64,000 nucleotides of DNA, taken from positions 255,264 through 319,263 of the forward strand of contig CAVYXA010000005.1 in the NCBI GenBank assembly GCA_963772365.1, written 5' to 3'. Shown here one piece after another: positions 10,368-20,813 of this stretch. Positions within the stretch are counted from its first letter, which is position 1. Every line of letters starts with the position of its first letter. The notes below the pieces were generated by a model, which was not told the origin of the DNA, did no database searches, and saw nothing but the letters and a program-made list of their open reading frames with translations. The translations under genes were made by a program, and so were the position numbers. The stretch is from an uncultured Verrucomicrobiae bacterium. Lineage in GTDB: Bacteria > Verrucomicrobiota > Verrucomicrobiia > Chthoniobacterales > UBA10450.

Positions 10368-11252
10368 ATGAACATCTTGATATGCAGCGATGGAGGTTCC
10401 GCCGCCCAAGGCGCCATCCGGCTCGGCGAATCGCTGGCTGCATCACTTAATGCGCAAGTCACGCTTCTCGGCATCGCTGAAAATCCGGATGAGGAAATCC
10501 CGCTACGCAAAAAACTTGAGAAAGAGGAACAAGTATTGCGCGGTCAAGGGATAGGAGTTCACCTCGTCGTTGAATCGGGCGAGCCGGTCCATCAGATTGT
10601 CGATCAAACAACGAAGGCGAAGTTCGATCTAGTGATGGTGGGCGCGCGCTGGATCGGAATGGATGGGCAATACTGGCGCTCGGCGAAGATGTATGACGTG
10701 ATCAAATCGATTACTCCGCCGGTTCTTGTTGCAATGGGGGAACCAGGCAGGTTGAGCAGGTTTCTGCTTTGTACCGGCGGTAAGGAATTCATCGAGCAGG
10801 CTGTGCAACTCACAGGGAAACTTGCCGCTGCTGTGCGCGCTTCGGTCACACTCCTTCATGTCATGGCCGAGCCGCCCGCCATGTACGCCGATCTTGTCAA
10901 TCTGGAGGAGGATGTCGATCAACTCCTCGCTTCAAAATCAGAACTCGGAATCAATTTGCACCAGCAGAAGAAAGAACTCGAGCGTCTCGGCGTGTCTGCG
11001 GAGGTGCGTCTCCGGCACGGCATCGTAACGGATCAGATCTTTGAAGAAGCGCGAGCTGGCGAATATGATCTGATAGTAACGGGAACGTCCCACGTGCGCG
11101 GTCTTCTCGGCCATTACATTATGGGCGATCTGACTCGTACGATTCTCAATCGGGCCAATTGCAGCGTGCTGGTGGCGCGCGCGGGAAAAATCAGAAGCGG
11201 CCGCAGTTTCGGCGCCGCGCTGAAACGCCTCTTCACCGGCGAAAGCAAATAG
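10368..11252 (+). CDS. Tandem universal stress protein
   Basis: ILICSDG start, DLIVTG…MGDLTRTILNRANCSVLV. Confidence 0.85.
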   Translation: MNILICSDGGSAAQGAIRLGESLAASLNAQVTLLGIAENPDEEIPLRKKLEKEEQVLRGQGIGVHLVVESGEPVHQIVDQTTKAKFDLVMVGARWIGMDGQYWRSAKMYDVIKSITPPVLVAMGEPGRLSRFLLCTGGKEFIEQAVQLTGKLAAAVRASVTLLHVMAEPPAMYADLVNLEEDVDQLLASKSELGINLHQQKKELERLGVSAEVRLRHGIVTDQIFEEARAGEYDLIVTGTSHVRGLLGHYIMGDLTRTILNRANCSVLVARAGKIRSGRSFGAALKRLFTGESK

Positions 11253-11310
11253 CGCGGCGCTCAATGGGCGACGGGTTGCAGCAGCAATCACAGGCGCTAT
11301 TCTGCGAAGC

Positions 11311-11838
11311 ATGACCACTGAACCCCTCTCGCTGCATCGACAATTCCTTAGCGTAATTTTCCCTCTGCTTTTCCTCGCTTTGGTAGGAGTGACTGGATGC
11401 CAAAAAAAAGGGGGCGGCAGCGCTAGCACAATGGGTGATTACGTCAACGGAACACCATTGCCCGAGCGTCGAGAAGGCACGTCGTTTTACGGAGGGAATG
11501 TGGAACGAGGACAACTTCAGGCGATTTATTTCGATTTCGATAGCCAGGTAGTGCGCGCTTCAGAAACAGGAAAGATTCAGGCGGTTGCCGATTTCATGAA
11601 GCAAAATTCGTCAGATATCATCATCGCGGGATTTACCGATGAGCGCGGGACGGAGGAATACAATCGTGCCTTGGGCGACCGCCGGGCTGGCGCTGTGCGC
11701 GAAGCCCTGATTTCGCAAGGTGTGGATGGCAGCCGAATTCAAACCGTGAGCTTCGGATTGGAAATGCCGGCCGACCCCGGACACAACGAAGCCGCCTGGG
11801 CAAAAAATCGGCGAGTCGAAATTGGAGTGATTCGTTAG
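11311..11838 (+). CDS. OmpA/Pal-family lipoprotein
   Basis: Lipobox VTGC, IYFDFD, GFTDERGTEEYNRALGDRRA, KNRRVE. Confidence 0.88.
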   Translation: MTTEPLSLHRQFLSVIFPLLFLALVGVTGCQKKGGGSASTMGDYVNGTPLPERREGTSFYGGNVERGQLQAIYFDFDSQVVRASETGKIQAVADFMKQNSSDIIIAGFTDERGTEEYNRALGDRRAGAVREALISQGVDGSRIQTVSFGLEMPADPGHNEAAWAKNRRVEIGVIR

Positions 11839-11912
11839 GTTGCAAATCTACCGCACGTCGCCGCGGAGGCTCTTGTATCAAGCTTCTGCTGGTGTAACTT
11901 CCTGGCTCGCGC

Positions 11913-11985
<73 letters not shown>

Positions 11986-12028
11986 TACTTCTACGATGTC
12001 GATCCTGCGCAGGTAGAATCAACTCAAT

Positions 12029-12115
12029 GGAAGGGTGGCTGAGTCCGGTTTAAGGCACTCGACTCGAAATCGAGCGTGGGGAAACCCACCGTGGGTTCGA
12101 ATCCCACCCCTTCCG
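12029..12115 (+). tRNA. tRNA-Ser(CGA)
   Basis: GGAAGGG/CCCTTCC acceptor, CTCGA-CT CGA AA-TCGAG, long variable arm GTGGG-GAAA-CCCAC, GGTTCGAATCC. Confidence 0.95.
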
Positions 12116-12120
12116 CGGTT

Positions 12121-13599
12121 TCACCGCGGCAACGGCTGCTCCATGTTTGCTAATGCGTAGGCTGCGACTGCCACAACGGCAGAATTTTCCGCCAGTTCTC
12201 GCGGTACAACTTTGTCCAGGGTGTCCGCAGCGCTGTGGTGATAGTTAAAATAGAAACGACTGTCTTGAATCGGACTGAATGCCGGTACTCCGGCTTTTTC
12301 CATCGGCTCGATATCGGCGCCACAATGTTCGACCAATTGGAGCATCCGAGCTCCGGATTTTCGTAGAATCTCCGCCACGGGTGCTAGCATCGTCTTGATT
12401 TTGGCGTTGCCTTTAATGTTCAAGCCGATCGGGTGGCCGGCGCCAAGATCCGTTTCTATCGCCGCGAAATGGTTTTGCCACTCCTTCTCGTGATCCTTCG
12501 CGTAAGTTTTCGAACCAGCCAATCCGTTTTCTTCGTTCATCCACGCAATCACACGAATCGTGCGCTTCGGTTTCAGATGCAGTTTGTGAATCAGGTTAGC
12601 GGTTTCCATTGATACCGCTACGCCTGCAGCATCGTCGATGGCGCCCGTTCCCAAATCCCAGGAATCTAAATGTCCCGAGACGACCACAATTTGTTCGGGA
12701 TGTTCGCTGCCTTTGATATCGCCGATTACATTTGCGCTTTCCACATCAGGTAACGTCTCGGGCGTCAGAATCAGTTTCATTTTGACAGATGCTTGCCGGA
12801 CAAGATCGACAATCAAATCCGCATCTTCTGCGGTCACGGCGGCGGCTGGAATTTTCGGCGCATCATCCGCATATTTGGTCTGGCCAGTGTGTGGCAGCCG
12901 ATAATCCGCGCCACCGACAGAACGGATCAAACAAGCCACCGCGCCTTTCCGCGCTGCCGCACTTGGACCATCGCTGCGGTAAACCACCGCGTCGCCATAC
13001 GCCTCGCCGCCGCGGCCTTCGGCGGCCATTTGTTTGTCGAACGGGTAATTAAACAGCACGATCTTGCCGGCGGTCTGCTCGCGGGGGAGCGCTTTGAGCT
13101 CGTTAAAGTTGTTTACGGCAATTACTTCGGCTGTGATTCCGTCGGCTGGCGTTGCGACGCTTCCGCCGAGGGCGCATAGGACAATTTTTTGAGTGGTGTT
13201 CGCAGCCATGCCCGGAAACTGCGTCAAAGCAGCGGTCTCTTCTCCGCGGGTCCAATGCGGCACGGCCACTTTTTCAAGGTGGACATCGCAGCCAATCGCC
13301 TTCAACTCACCCGCCACATACTCGACCGCGCGTGCCGCTTGCGCCGACCCGCTCAAGCGAGGGCCGATATTGTTCGTCAAATGCGCGACGTGCCGATACG
13401 CGTAATCGCTGTCCGAGGCGGCTTCATGCAGTCGCTTTAGCTCGGATAACGTTTCGAAAGAAAACGAGGCCTGTGTGGCACTCGGAGACGGCGACTGAGT
13501 CACTTTTGACTCCACCGCCGGCTTCTGAGCTTCCGTTTGGAACACGGCCAGTACGAGAGCAAAAGCGACGAATCCACCGAAAAATCGACCTTGCCTCAT
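12121..13599 (-). CDS. M28-family metallopeptidase (carboxypeptidase Q-like), secreted
   Basis: GPRLSGS, GHLDSWD, AIDDAAG, NEENGLAGS, YHHSAADT; start taken at MRQGRFF. Confidence 0.88.
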   Translation of the reverse strand: MRQGRFFGGFVAFALVLAVFQTEAQKPAVESKVTQSPSPSATQASFSFETLSELKRLHEAASDSDYAYRHVAHLTNNIGPRLSGSAQAARAVEYVAGELKAIGCDVHLEKVAVPHWTRGEETAALTQFPGMAANTTQKIVLCALGGSVATPADGITAEVIAVNNFNELKALPREQTAGKIVLFNYPFDKQMAAEGRGGEAYGDAVVYRSDGPSAAARKGAVACLIRSVGGADYRLPHTGQTKYADDAPKIPAAAVTAEDADLIVDLVRQASVKMKLILTPETLPDVESANVIGDIKGSEHPEQIVVVSGHLDSWDLGTGAIDDAAGVAVSMETANLIHKLHLKPKRTIRVIAWMNEENGLAGSKTYAKDHEKEWQNHFAAIETDLGAGHPIGLNIKGNAKIKTMLAPVAEILRKSGARMLQLVEHCGADIEPMEKAGVPAFSPIQDSRFYFNYHHSAADTLDKVVPRELAENSAVVAVAAYALANMEQPLPR

Positions 13600-13813
13600 G
13601 CGCAAAGAATTACACGTAAATTCAACTGGTCCAAAAGCCAAACGCATCCGAGGCGATCCGGGGAGTGCAAAGGTGTCACGAACAGCTGGCGAAACTCCGC
13701 GCAAAAAGAAGAACCCCGGAATCTGAATAAATCGGCGAGAAGAATTGTTTGAGAAATATCTTGTCTTTTTTCAGCCAATTTGCCAAGCTCGGGGACAAAT
13801 CGAATTCAAATTT

Positions 13814-14407
13814 ATGAGCGTTTCTCACCGTCTTCTTGCCTTGCTGTTCGGAGCTCTTTTGGCAATGACCGCTTTTTCCGAGGCGAATGCAGCTCTGATT
13901 GATGGCTCCGCTTCCTTTTTCGGCAGTGCATCGGCCTCGGGACCGAGTGGCGGTGGTTCGACAACTGTCTTTTTCAATTCCGGTTGGGTTTTCCTGAGCG
14001 GCACTGGAACGTATTCCGGTATTCCACAAACGCCTGCTACTTTTGCGTCTTCATTCAGCTTCACCGGTGATGGCACAGGCGTGGTTTTGAGCGCACCAGT
14101 CAGCCCTCTCTGGGCCTTCTCGTTCAGCGGGAACAATTATTCCTTCAATCTTCAGAGTCTCAGCAACGGACATACTGAAAGCGGTGCAATGTCCTTTACG
14201 GGTGCGGGAACCCTGTTCGCCACTGGATTTGACCCAACACCTGCAACCTTCAGCTTGAGCGGAACCGGAACGAATTTCTCTTACACGCTCTCGTTCGTAA
14301 CGAACACTGCTGTTCCAGAACCGAGTTCAATCGCGCTTGCTGGTTTCGGTCTCGCTCTGTGTGGGGCCGTCGCTCGCTTTCGCTCCCGCAAGCGGAACGT
14401 TCGATAG
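13814..14407 (+). CDS. PEP-CTERM sorting domain protein
   Basis: Signal peptide, S/T/G/F-rich body, VPEPSS + TM + RFRSRKR. Confidence 0.9.
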   Translation: MSVSHRLLALLFGALLAMTAFSEANAALIDGSASFFGSASASGPSGGGSTTVFFNSGWVFLSGTGTYSGIPQTPATFASSFSFTGDGTGVVLSAPVSPLWAFSFSGNNYSFNLQSLSNGHTESGAMSFTGAGTLFATGFDPTPATFSLSGTGTNFSYTLSFVTNTAVPEPSSIALAGFGLALCGAVARFRSRKRNVR

Positions 14408-14532
14408 TCTCGAGTCTTTCCCGGTAGATTCGACGGACGCGAAGGACATTTCTGTAAATCTCTTCTTGCGAAGCCTGCGGAATGATGTTCATTCCAAGCT
14501 CCGTCGCGAGTTTTTGAAAATCTGCCGTTGGT

Positions 14533-14586
14533 CCCTGGGTCTTCGTCGCTTGACGTAAGACCGCACTCGCCAGGGGAAACCCGGCG
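14533..14586 (+). promoter_or_regulatory. Structured leader upstream of rpoA (putative)
   Basis: Hairpins GGTCTTCGTC-GCTT-GACGTAAGACC and CGCC(A)GGG-GAAA-CCCGGCG; alternative CCCTGG/CCAGGG pairing. Confidence 0.35.
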
Positions 14587-14674
14587 TGAAAGGAACTTCG
14601 ATTTAAGAATTTCGATCCAACCGGCCGCATCCAGCCTTCGGTATTGATCGAATATCGACAATCGAAAATAAATT

Positions 14675-15718
14675 ATGCCAGTTCGTTACGGTCGCTTTGA
14701 GATGCCGAAAACCCTCGTCAAAGACGAGGAGACAGCCACAGATACATACGCAAAATTTACCGCTGAGCCATTCGAGGCCGGTTACGGACACACGGTCGGC
14801 AATTCACTCCGGCGCGTGTTGCTGTCATCGCTGGAAGGCGCAGCCATTACCGCGGTCAAAATCACCGGGGCTCAGCACGAGTTCGCCACTTTGCCGGGGG
14901 TCGTCGAGGATGTCACCGACATCGTTTTGAACCTTAAAAAGGTGAAATTTAAAGCTGACGATCACGAGACTCGAAAAATCTCTCTGAACGTAAACAAGGA
15001 AGGTGAGGTGACTGCCGGAGAAATTCAGACTGTGCAGGGTTATGAAGTCCTCAATCCCAAGCAGCTAATTTGTACGCTCGACAAAAAGCATAAATTCGAC
15101 GCCGAGCTGGAAGTCCGAGTTGGACGCGGCTTTGCCACCGGCGAGGAAAACAAGCGCGCCGATCAGCCGATCGGTCTCATTCCCATCGATTCAATTTTTT
15201 CGCCAGTTACTCGCGTGAAGTACGCGGTGGAAAACACTCGAGTCGGGCAACGTACCGATTATGACAAGCTGATTCTCGAAGTCTGGACTGATGGACGATT
15301 GACTCCGGATGACGCGCTGCTTCAGGCTTCGGCGATTCTGCGCCACCACCTCGACGTTTTCGTAAATTACAACGAAGAGGTGATCGAATTCGATCAGACG
15401 CCGGCTGGAGTGAGCGAAGAAAACATGAAGCTTAAGAAGCTGCTCAACATGAGCGTCAACGAGATCGAGCTGAGTGTCCGGGCGGCGAATTGTTTGAACA
15501 ACGCCAACATCACAACCGTAGGCCAGCTTGCCCAGAAAACCGAGGGTGAAATGCTCAAGTATCGGAATTTCGGGAAAAAATCGCTCAACGAAATCAAAGA
15601 CAAATTGCAGCAGCTCGGCTTGAATTTAGGCATGAAGTTTGAGCCAGGACTAATCGATCTGCCGACTGGTTTGCCGCCCGTTGAGGCGAGCGGGAATGGT
15701 GCTTCTAACAATCAGTAA
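14675..15718 (+). CDS. rpoA: RNA polymerase alpha subunit
   Basis: [54 protein letters not shown]. Confidence 0.97.
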   Translation: MPVRYGRFEMPKTLVKDEETATDTYAKFTAEPFEAGYGHTVGNSLRRVLLSSLEGAAITAVKITGAQHEFATLPGVVEDVTDIVLNLKKVKFKADDHETRKISLNVNKEGEVTAGEIQTVQGYEVLNPKQLICTLDKKHKFDAELEVRVGRGFATGEENKRADQPIGLIPIDSIFSPVTRVKYAVENTRVGQRTDYDKLILEVWTDGRLTPDDALLQASAILRHHLDVFVNYNEEVIEFDQTPAGVSEENMKLKKLLNMSVNEIELSVRAANCLNNANITTVGQLAQKTEGEMLKYRNFGKKSLNEIKDKLQQLGLNLGMKFEPGLIDLPTGLPPVEASGNGASNNQ

Positions 15719-15741
15719 ACGAGGAAACTGTTCCGCTATCT

Positions 15742-16315
15742 ATGAGACATCAGAAGAGAACGATTAAGCTGGGTCGTACCGCCGAGCATCGCAAGGCGCT
15801 CCTGGCAAACCAGGTTTGCAGTCTCATCGAGCATCAGCGGATAAAAACGACACTGGCCAAGGCCAAGGCTGTACAGTCCATTGGCGGAGAAAATGGTAAC
15901 TCTTGGTAAAAGCGGATCGCTCCATGCCCGCCGAACCGCGCTCGCCACGCTACGGCATAAAGATGTGGTCAGAAAGTTATTCGAAGATATCGCCCAAAGA
16001 TCGACTGAACGAAATGGGGGTTATACCCGCATTATCAGACTCGGTCGACGCAAGAGCGACTCGGCGCCGATGGCGTTCATCGAATGGGTCGATGTGGCCG
16101 CAGTCAGGGAAGAAAAACCTGCTGAGGAAAAGGCAGCGACGAAGCGGAAAGAAAAATCGAAGTCCGAGCCGAACCCTGAAGCAAAACAGGAAGAGGTTAA
16201 ACTGGAAACAGCGAAGGAAGAAAAACCGGTCGAGCCAACTCCCGAAATTTCTTTCGAAGAGCCGAAGCCTAAGAAACGACGTTGGTTTGGTCGGAAATCG
16301 AGCGAAGAAAAATAG
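15742..16315 (+). CDS. rplQ: 50S ribosomal protein L17 with K/E-rich C-terminal extension (one extra base near 15875)
   Basis: [23 protein letters not shown]…[18 protein letters not shown]…RNGGYTRI; gtacAgtcca vs expected GTA CGT CCA. Confidence 0.92.
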
Positions 16316-16318
16316 CTC

Positions 16319-16756
16319 CTACCGCAAAGGAACCAAACGCCAGGTCAGTTTTCCCTCGGGAATTTCGAGCCAGGCCACGCTTGGGGCGGCGCCGCGATTT
16401 GGCCGGGTGACGCATCCGGGATTCAAGAACACGACGTCCCCCCGTTTTTCATTTCGCGGCACATGAGTGTGGCCGTGCAAAAGAACATCGACATCGTCTG
16501 GCGGGCGTTCCGGCGGGATATGTTGGAGGCGGAATTTTTTTCTGCCGCGGGTAAGATCGACAACTAAGGGCCAGTCGAAGTTGGTGTCACAATTGCCGCG
16601 AACCACTGTTACGGTCGGACCAATGGATCGCAGTTCGTCCAAAATCCATTCCGCGCAGACGTCGCCCAGGTGCCAGATCTCATTCGCCTCCGCAGCCAAA
16701 TCCAGAATTTTTTTGGGCAGCTTGTTATGCGTATCAGCGAGAACGAAAATCTTCAT
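16319..16756 (-). CDS. YfcE-like metallophosphoesterase
   Basis: ADTH, HLGD, VRGNCD, HGHTH, NPG motifs. Confidence 0.88.
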   Translation of the reverse strand: MKIFVLADTHNKLPKKILDLAAEANEIWHLGDVCAEWILDELRSIGPTVTVVRGNCDTNFDWPLVVDLTRGRKKFRLQHIPPERPPDDVDVLLHGHTHVPRNEKRGDVVFLNPGCVTRPNRGAAPSVAWLEIPEGKLTWRLVPLR

Positions 16757-16841
16757 CCAGCGCTCCATTTCTCTTGGAATGCCAAGCAGGAAAAACGTCT
16801 TAACTCTTTGCGCGTTGTTGTTCTCACCGTAATCTCAGTTC

Positions 16842-18059
16842 GTGTCATTTAACAATTTCGAACTTTCAGCGGACGTCGTGCGGGGCGTGCAGGCCATGGG
16901 ATTCACCGAGCCGACGCCGATTCAGCTTCGCGCCTTCCCAATTATCCTGGCGGGGAAAGATCTCATTGGCACCGCCCAGACTGGGACGGGAAAGACTGCT
17001 GCATTTGCTTTGCCGATTCTGACGTTACTGGCACATCATGGAAAATTTCGCTGCCTCGTTCTGGAACCGACCCGCGAGCTGGCAGCGCAGGTGGAAACAG
17101 CCTTCCGTGATTATGGCCGGTTTACCGATCTGCGTGTCTCAGTTGTGCACGGCGGCGTTGGCTACGGAAAGCAGCGGGAAGAACTCAAGCGTGGTGTCGA
17201 TGTTCTGGCGGCTACGCCCGGGCGATTGCTCGATCATCTTGAGCAAGGAACGCTTCATTTTCGCGACATAAACATTCTTGTGCTGGATGAGGTGGATCGG
17301 ATGCTCGATATGGGATTTCTGCCGGACGTGCGCCGGATCGTGGACAAAATGTCAACGGACCGTCAAACATTGCTTTTCTCAGCGACATTGCCGCCGGAAA
17401 TCGAACGCTTAGCCGCGTGGGTGCTGCGCGATCCGGAAGTAGTGGAGATCGGAGCGCGCCGTTCGCCGGCCGAGACCGTCACACATGCTGTCTATCCGGT
17501 AGCGGCAGAACAGAAGTTCGATTTGCTCATGGCTCTGCTCGAGCGAACAAACTTCGACAGCGTGCTAATTTTCTGCCGGACCAAACAGAACGCCGATCGC
17601 GTTGCGCATCAATTGAAAGAGGGACGACATTCCGTCGCCGTTTTGCATTCTAATCGGACGCAACGGGAACGGATCGAAGCGCTGGAAGGTTTCAAGAGCG
17701 GCAAATACGAAGTGATGGTGGCGACCGATATCGCCTCGCGCGGGCTGGATATCGCCGGAGTAAGTCATGTGATCAATTACGATGTGCCCGAGCACCCGGA
17801 GGATTACGTGCACCGAATCGGTCGGACCGGCCGGGCTCAAAATGTTGGCGACGCGTTCACGTTAATGAACGGCGAAGAAGTTGCCGCCTTGCAGGCGATC
17901 GAACATTTCATCGGCCAAAAAATTCCGCGCCTGAAGTTGGAAAACTTTCCTTATCTTTACACGGTTCTCTTTGAGCCTGAATCGGCTAAATCAGCCAGGC
18001 GCGGCATCGGCGGAGGAAGAACTCATCGCGGCTACTCGTTTGGCCGGAGACGCAGATGA
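16842..18059 (+). CDS. DEAD-box RNA helicase (RhlE-like)
   Basis: Q motif PTPIQ, AQTGTGKT, PTRELA, DEVD, SAT, HRIGRTGRA. Confidence 0.93.
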   Translation: MSFNNFELSADVVRGVQAMGFTEPTPIQLRAFPIILAGKDLIGTAQTGTGKTAAFALPILTLLAHHGKFRCLVLEPTRELAAQVETAFRDYGRFTDLRVSVVHGGVGYGKQREELKRGVDVLAATPGRLLDHLEQGTLHFRDINILVLDEVDRMLDMGFLPDVRRIVDKMSTDRQTLLFSATLPPEIERLAAWVLRDPEVVEIGARRSPAETVTHAVYPVAAEQKFDLLMALLERTNFDSVLIFCRTKQNADRVAHQLKEGRHSVAVLHSNRTQRERIEALEGFKSGKYEVMVATDIASRGLDIAGVSHVINYDVPEHPEDYVHRIGRTGRAQNVGDAFTLMNGEEVAALQAIEHFIGQKIPRLKLENFPYLYTVLFEPESAKSARRGIGGGRTHRGYSFGRRRR

Positions 18060-18115
18060 ATTCGAATCGAGAGCTTGCGTTAGAGTTTGCTCGCGACATC
18101 GGCTAGTATCCGTTC

Positions 18116-18334
18116 ATGGCTGAAGTAACAATCGAGACAATCAAGAATGGTCCTTACATTGTGAAGGGCGAAGTGGAATTGATCGACGCAGACGGCAATA
18201 AATTTCCGGTGGAAAAGCGGATGGCGCTGTGCCGGTGTGGCGCCTCCACTGAAAAACCGTTTTGTGACGGAACACACTCCAAAATTGGTTTTCAAGCGGC
18301 GGAGCGAGCCGTTCCGGAATCGGCCGAGAGCTAG
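18116..18334 (+). CDS. CDGSH iron-sulfur domain protein
   Basis: NGPY…LCRCGAS..KPFCDGTH. Confidence 0.9.
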   Translation: MAEVTIETIKNGPYIVKGEVELIDADGNKFPVEKRMALCRCGASTEKPFCDGTHSKIGFQAAERAVPESAES

Positions 18335-18342
18335 AGGATCGT

Positions 18343-18571
18343 GTGAGCGTTCTTGGTTCAATTGGCAACACGCCAATCTAGAGCTGCGCAAAATCGTGCT
18401 GGCAAAATCCGCGCGCGTGTTGGTGAAACTTGAATCGGCAAATCCGATTGGCAGCATGAAGCCTTACGCATCGCGGAGCAGCTTGAATCGAACTCAACCG
18501 TTGCGACCTTGATTGTGGATTCCGGCCTGCGTTATCTCAGCACGGAATTGTATGGACCAATTCAAAATTGA
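18343..18571 (+). pseudogene. Cysteine synthase (CysK/CysM family) remnant with large internal deletion
   Basis: N-terminal LGSIGNTP…VKLESANPIGSMK joined directly to C-terminal LRIAEQL…TLIVDSGLRYLSTELY. Confidence 0.75.
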
Positions 18572-18632
18572 TTGGCGAAAATGCCGAATAAAGTATTGAA
18601 CAAAGCCCGATCCCATACGCTCTGAAATCCTT

Positions 18633-20774
18633 ATGAAAACAAACCGTTTATTTTTTCTGTTTGCAGCAATCACTGCGATTTCATCGCCTCTTTTGTTAGG
18701 GGTAGGACCACAGACTGCCCAGACTGCCAAGAAGCCGGTCACGAACGAGTATCATGGAGTCAAGATCGAAGATGACTATCAATGGCTCGAGAACGACAAC
18801 GACCCCAAGGTCAAGACCTGGTCGAATGCGCAAAACAAGCGCGCCCGCGCTTATCTGGATAAGCTGCCGGGCCGGGAGAAGATCGAGAAGCAATTAACTG
18901 AATGGTATGACAAGACTTCTCCGAGTTATTTCGGGATCGTGTCCCGGCCAGGGAAATTATTTGCCCTGAAATTCCAGCCGCCCAAGCAACAGCCTTTGCT
19001 GATCACCCTCGGCTCGGCGGAAGACCTGAAATCGGAAAAGACGGTTCTCGATCCGAACGTGCTCGACAAGAAAGGCTCTACCACAATCGATTGGTTTGTA
19101 CCGTCGCTTGATGGAAAATATGTGGCCGTTTCTCTTTCTAAAGGCGGTAGCGAAGAAGGTACACTGCACATTTACGAAACTGCGACAGGGAAAGCCCTGC
19201 CGGATACCATTTCCCGTGTGCAATATCCCACGGCCGGCGGAAGCGCCGCGTGGAATGCCGATGACACAGGCCTTTACTACACACGTTTCCCGCGCAAAGG
19301 CGAGCGTCCCGATGCCGATCTGAATTTCTATCAGCAAATTAATTTTCATAAACTCGGCACACTGGACAGCAAGGATGCTTACGCGATCGGAAAAGAGTTT
19401 CCGCGGATTGCCGAGATCCAGCTCGCAGCTTCGCGCGATGGGAAATACATTCTCGCGACGGTGGCAAATGGTGATGGCGGAGATTTTGCCCATTATTTAC
19501 TCGGGCCGGATGGAACCTGGAAGCAGGTCACACAGTTCAGCGATCAGGTTAAGCTGGCGAGACTCGGTCGCGATAATTTCATTTACCTGCTTTCGCGTGC
19601 GGATGCTCCGCGTGGGAAAATTTTGCGGCTGCCGCTCGAAACGCCGGAGCTGACGAAAGCGACGATGATCGTTCCAGCCGGTGAAGCTGTGATTCAGCAA
19701 ATCGAGCCGACTGCAGACGCACTTTACGTTATCGATCTTTTAGGCGGACCATCACAGATCCGGCGGCTCGATCTCGATGGTAAAAATGAAAATGTGATTC
19801 CGATTCCCAAGATTTCGGCAGTGTCGGAGATGGAATCTTTGGAAGATAATTCGTTGCTTTTCCGTGACACCAGCTACACCGAACCGCCAGCGTGGTATCA
19901 TTTGGCTCCGGGTAAAACGGAGCCGGTGAAGACGGCTCTGGTCAATACGTCGCCGGTTTCCTTCGATGACATCGAAGTCTCACGCGAGTTTGCCACGTCG
20001 AAGGATGGGACAAAGATCCCTTTGAATGTCGTTCGGAAAAAAGGGACCAAGCTCAACGGCAGCAATCCGACACTACTTTACGGCTACGGCGGTTATGGCA
20101 TCAGCATGCAACCGAATTTCGATTTCACCCGTCGACTCTGGTTTGATCGCGGCGGAGTATACGTAGTGGCGAATATTCGTGGTGGCGGTGAATTCGGTGA
20201 AGAATGGCACAAGGCCGGCAATCTCACCAAAAAACAAAACGTTTTTGATGACTTCGCCTCTGCGGCCGAGTATTTGATCAAGGAAAAATGGACGCGCTCG
20301 GACAAGCTAGCCATGCTCGGTGGAAGTAATGGCGGACTGCTCATGGGAGCAATGATCGCGCAGCATCCGGATTTGATGCACGTGGTTGTCTCGTACGTTG
20401 GAATTTATGACATGCTGCGGGTCGAGCTTGCGCCCAATGGCGAATTCAACGTGACCGAGTTCGGCACCGTAAAAAATCCCGACCAATTCAAGGCTCTTTA
20501 CACCTACTCGCCATATCACCACGTCACGGACGGAACGAACTATCCCTCAATCCTGATGATGACGGGTGCGAACGATGGACGGGTTGCGCCCTATCACTCT
20601 CGCAAAATGGTGGCGCGCCTCGATGCAGCCAACAAATCGAGTAATCCCATCCTGCTCCGAACCAGCTCGAGTTCCGGACACGGAATCGGGACGGCGCTGA
20701 GCGAGCGAATCAAACAGCTGTCCGATATGTATTCCTTTCTATTCGCCCAGCTCGGGATGGCGAAAACAGAATAG
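18633..20774 (+). CDS. Prolyl oligopeptidase (S9A), secreted
   Basis: DDYQWLE, YGYGGY, NIRGGGEFG, GGSNGG, DGRV, SGHG triad. Confidence 0.93.
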   Translation: MKTNRLFFLFAAITAISSPLLLGVGPQTAQTAKKPVTNEYHGVKIEDDYQWLENDNDPKVKTWSNAQNKRARAYLDKLPGREKIEKQLTEWYDKTSPSYFGIVSRPGKLFALKFQPPKQQPLLITLGSAEDLKSEKTVLDPNVLDKKGSTTIDWFVPSLDGKYVAVSLSKGGSEEGTLHIYETATGKALPDTISRVQYPTAGGSAAWNADDTGLYYTRFPRKGERPDADLNFYQQINFHKLGTLDSKDAYAIGKEFPRIAEIQLAASRDGKYILATVANGDGGDFAHYLLGPDGTWKQVTQFSDQVKLARLGRDNFIYLLSRADAPRGKILRLPLETPELTKATMIVPAGEAVIQQIEPTADALYVIDLLGGPSQIRRLDLDGKNENVIPIPKISAVSEMESLEDNSLLFRDTSYTEPPAWYHLAPGKTEPVKTALVNTSPVSFDDIEVSREFATSKDGTKIPLNVVRKKGTKLNGSNPTLLYGYGGYGISMQPNFDFTRRLWFDRGGVYVVANIRGGGEFGEEWHKAGNLTKKQNVFDDFASAAEYLIKEKWTRSDKLAMLGGSNGGLLMGAMIAQHPDLMHVVVSYVGIYDMLRVELAPNGEFNVTEFGTVKNPDQFKALYTYSPYHHVTDGTNYPSILMMTGANDGRVAPYHSRKMVARLDAANKSSNPILLRTSSSSGHGIGTALSERIKQLSDMYSFLFAQLGMAKTE

Positions 20775-20813
20775 GATCTATTTAGCCGGAGGCTTAAGTT
20801 TCTCAGCAAGACC

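Noticed and set aside
13620..13810. Riboswitch (e.g. c-di-GMP-I) upstream of the PEP-CTERM gene
   Set aside because: Only scattered GCAAA/GAAA words; the two-stem consensus could not be built.
15860..15890. Programmed frameshift or pseudogenisation of rplQ (likewise rpsN, lemA)
   Set aside because: No slippery heptamer; similar single-base insertions occur in many unrelated genes, so sequencing error is more parsimonious.
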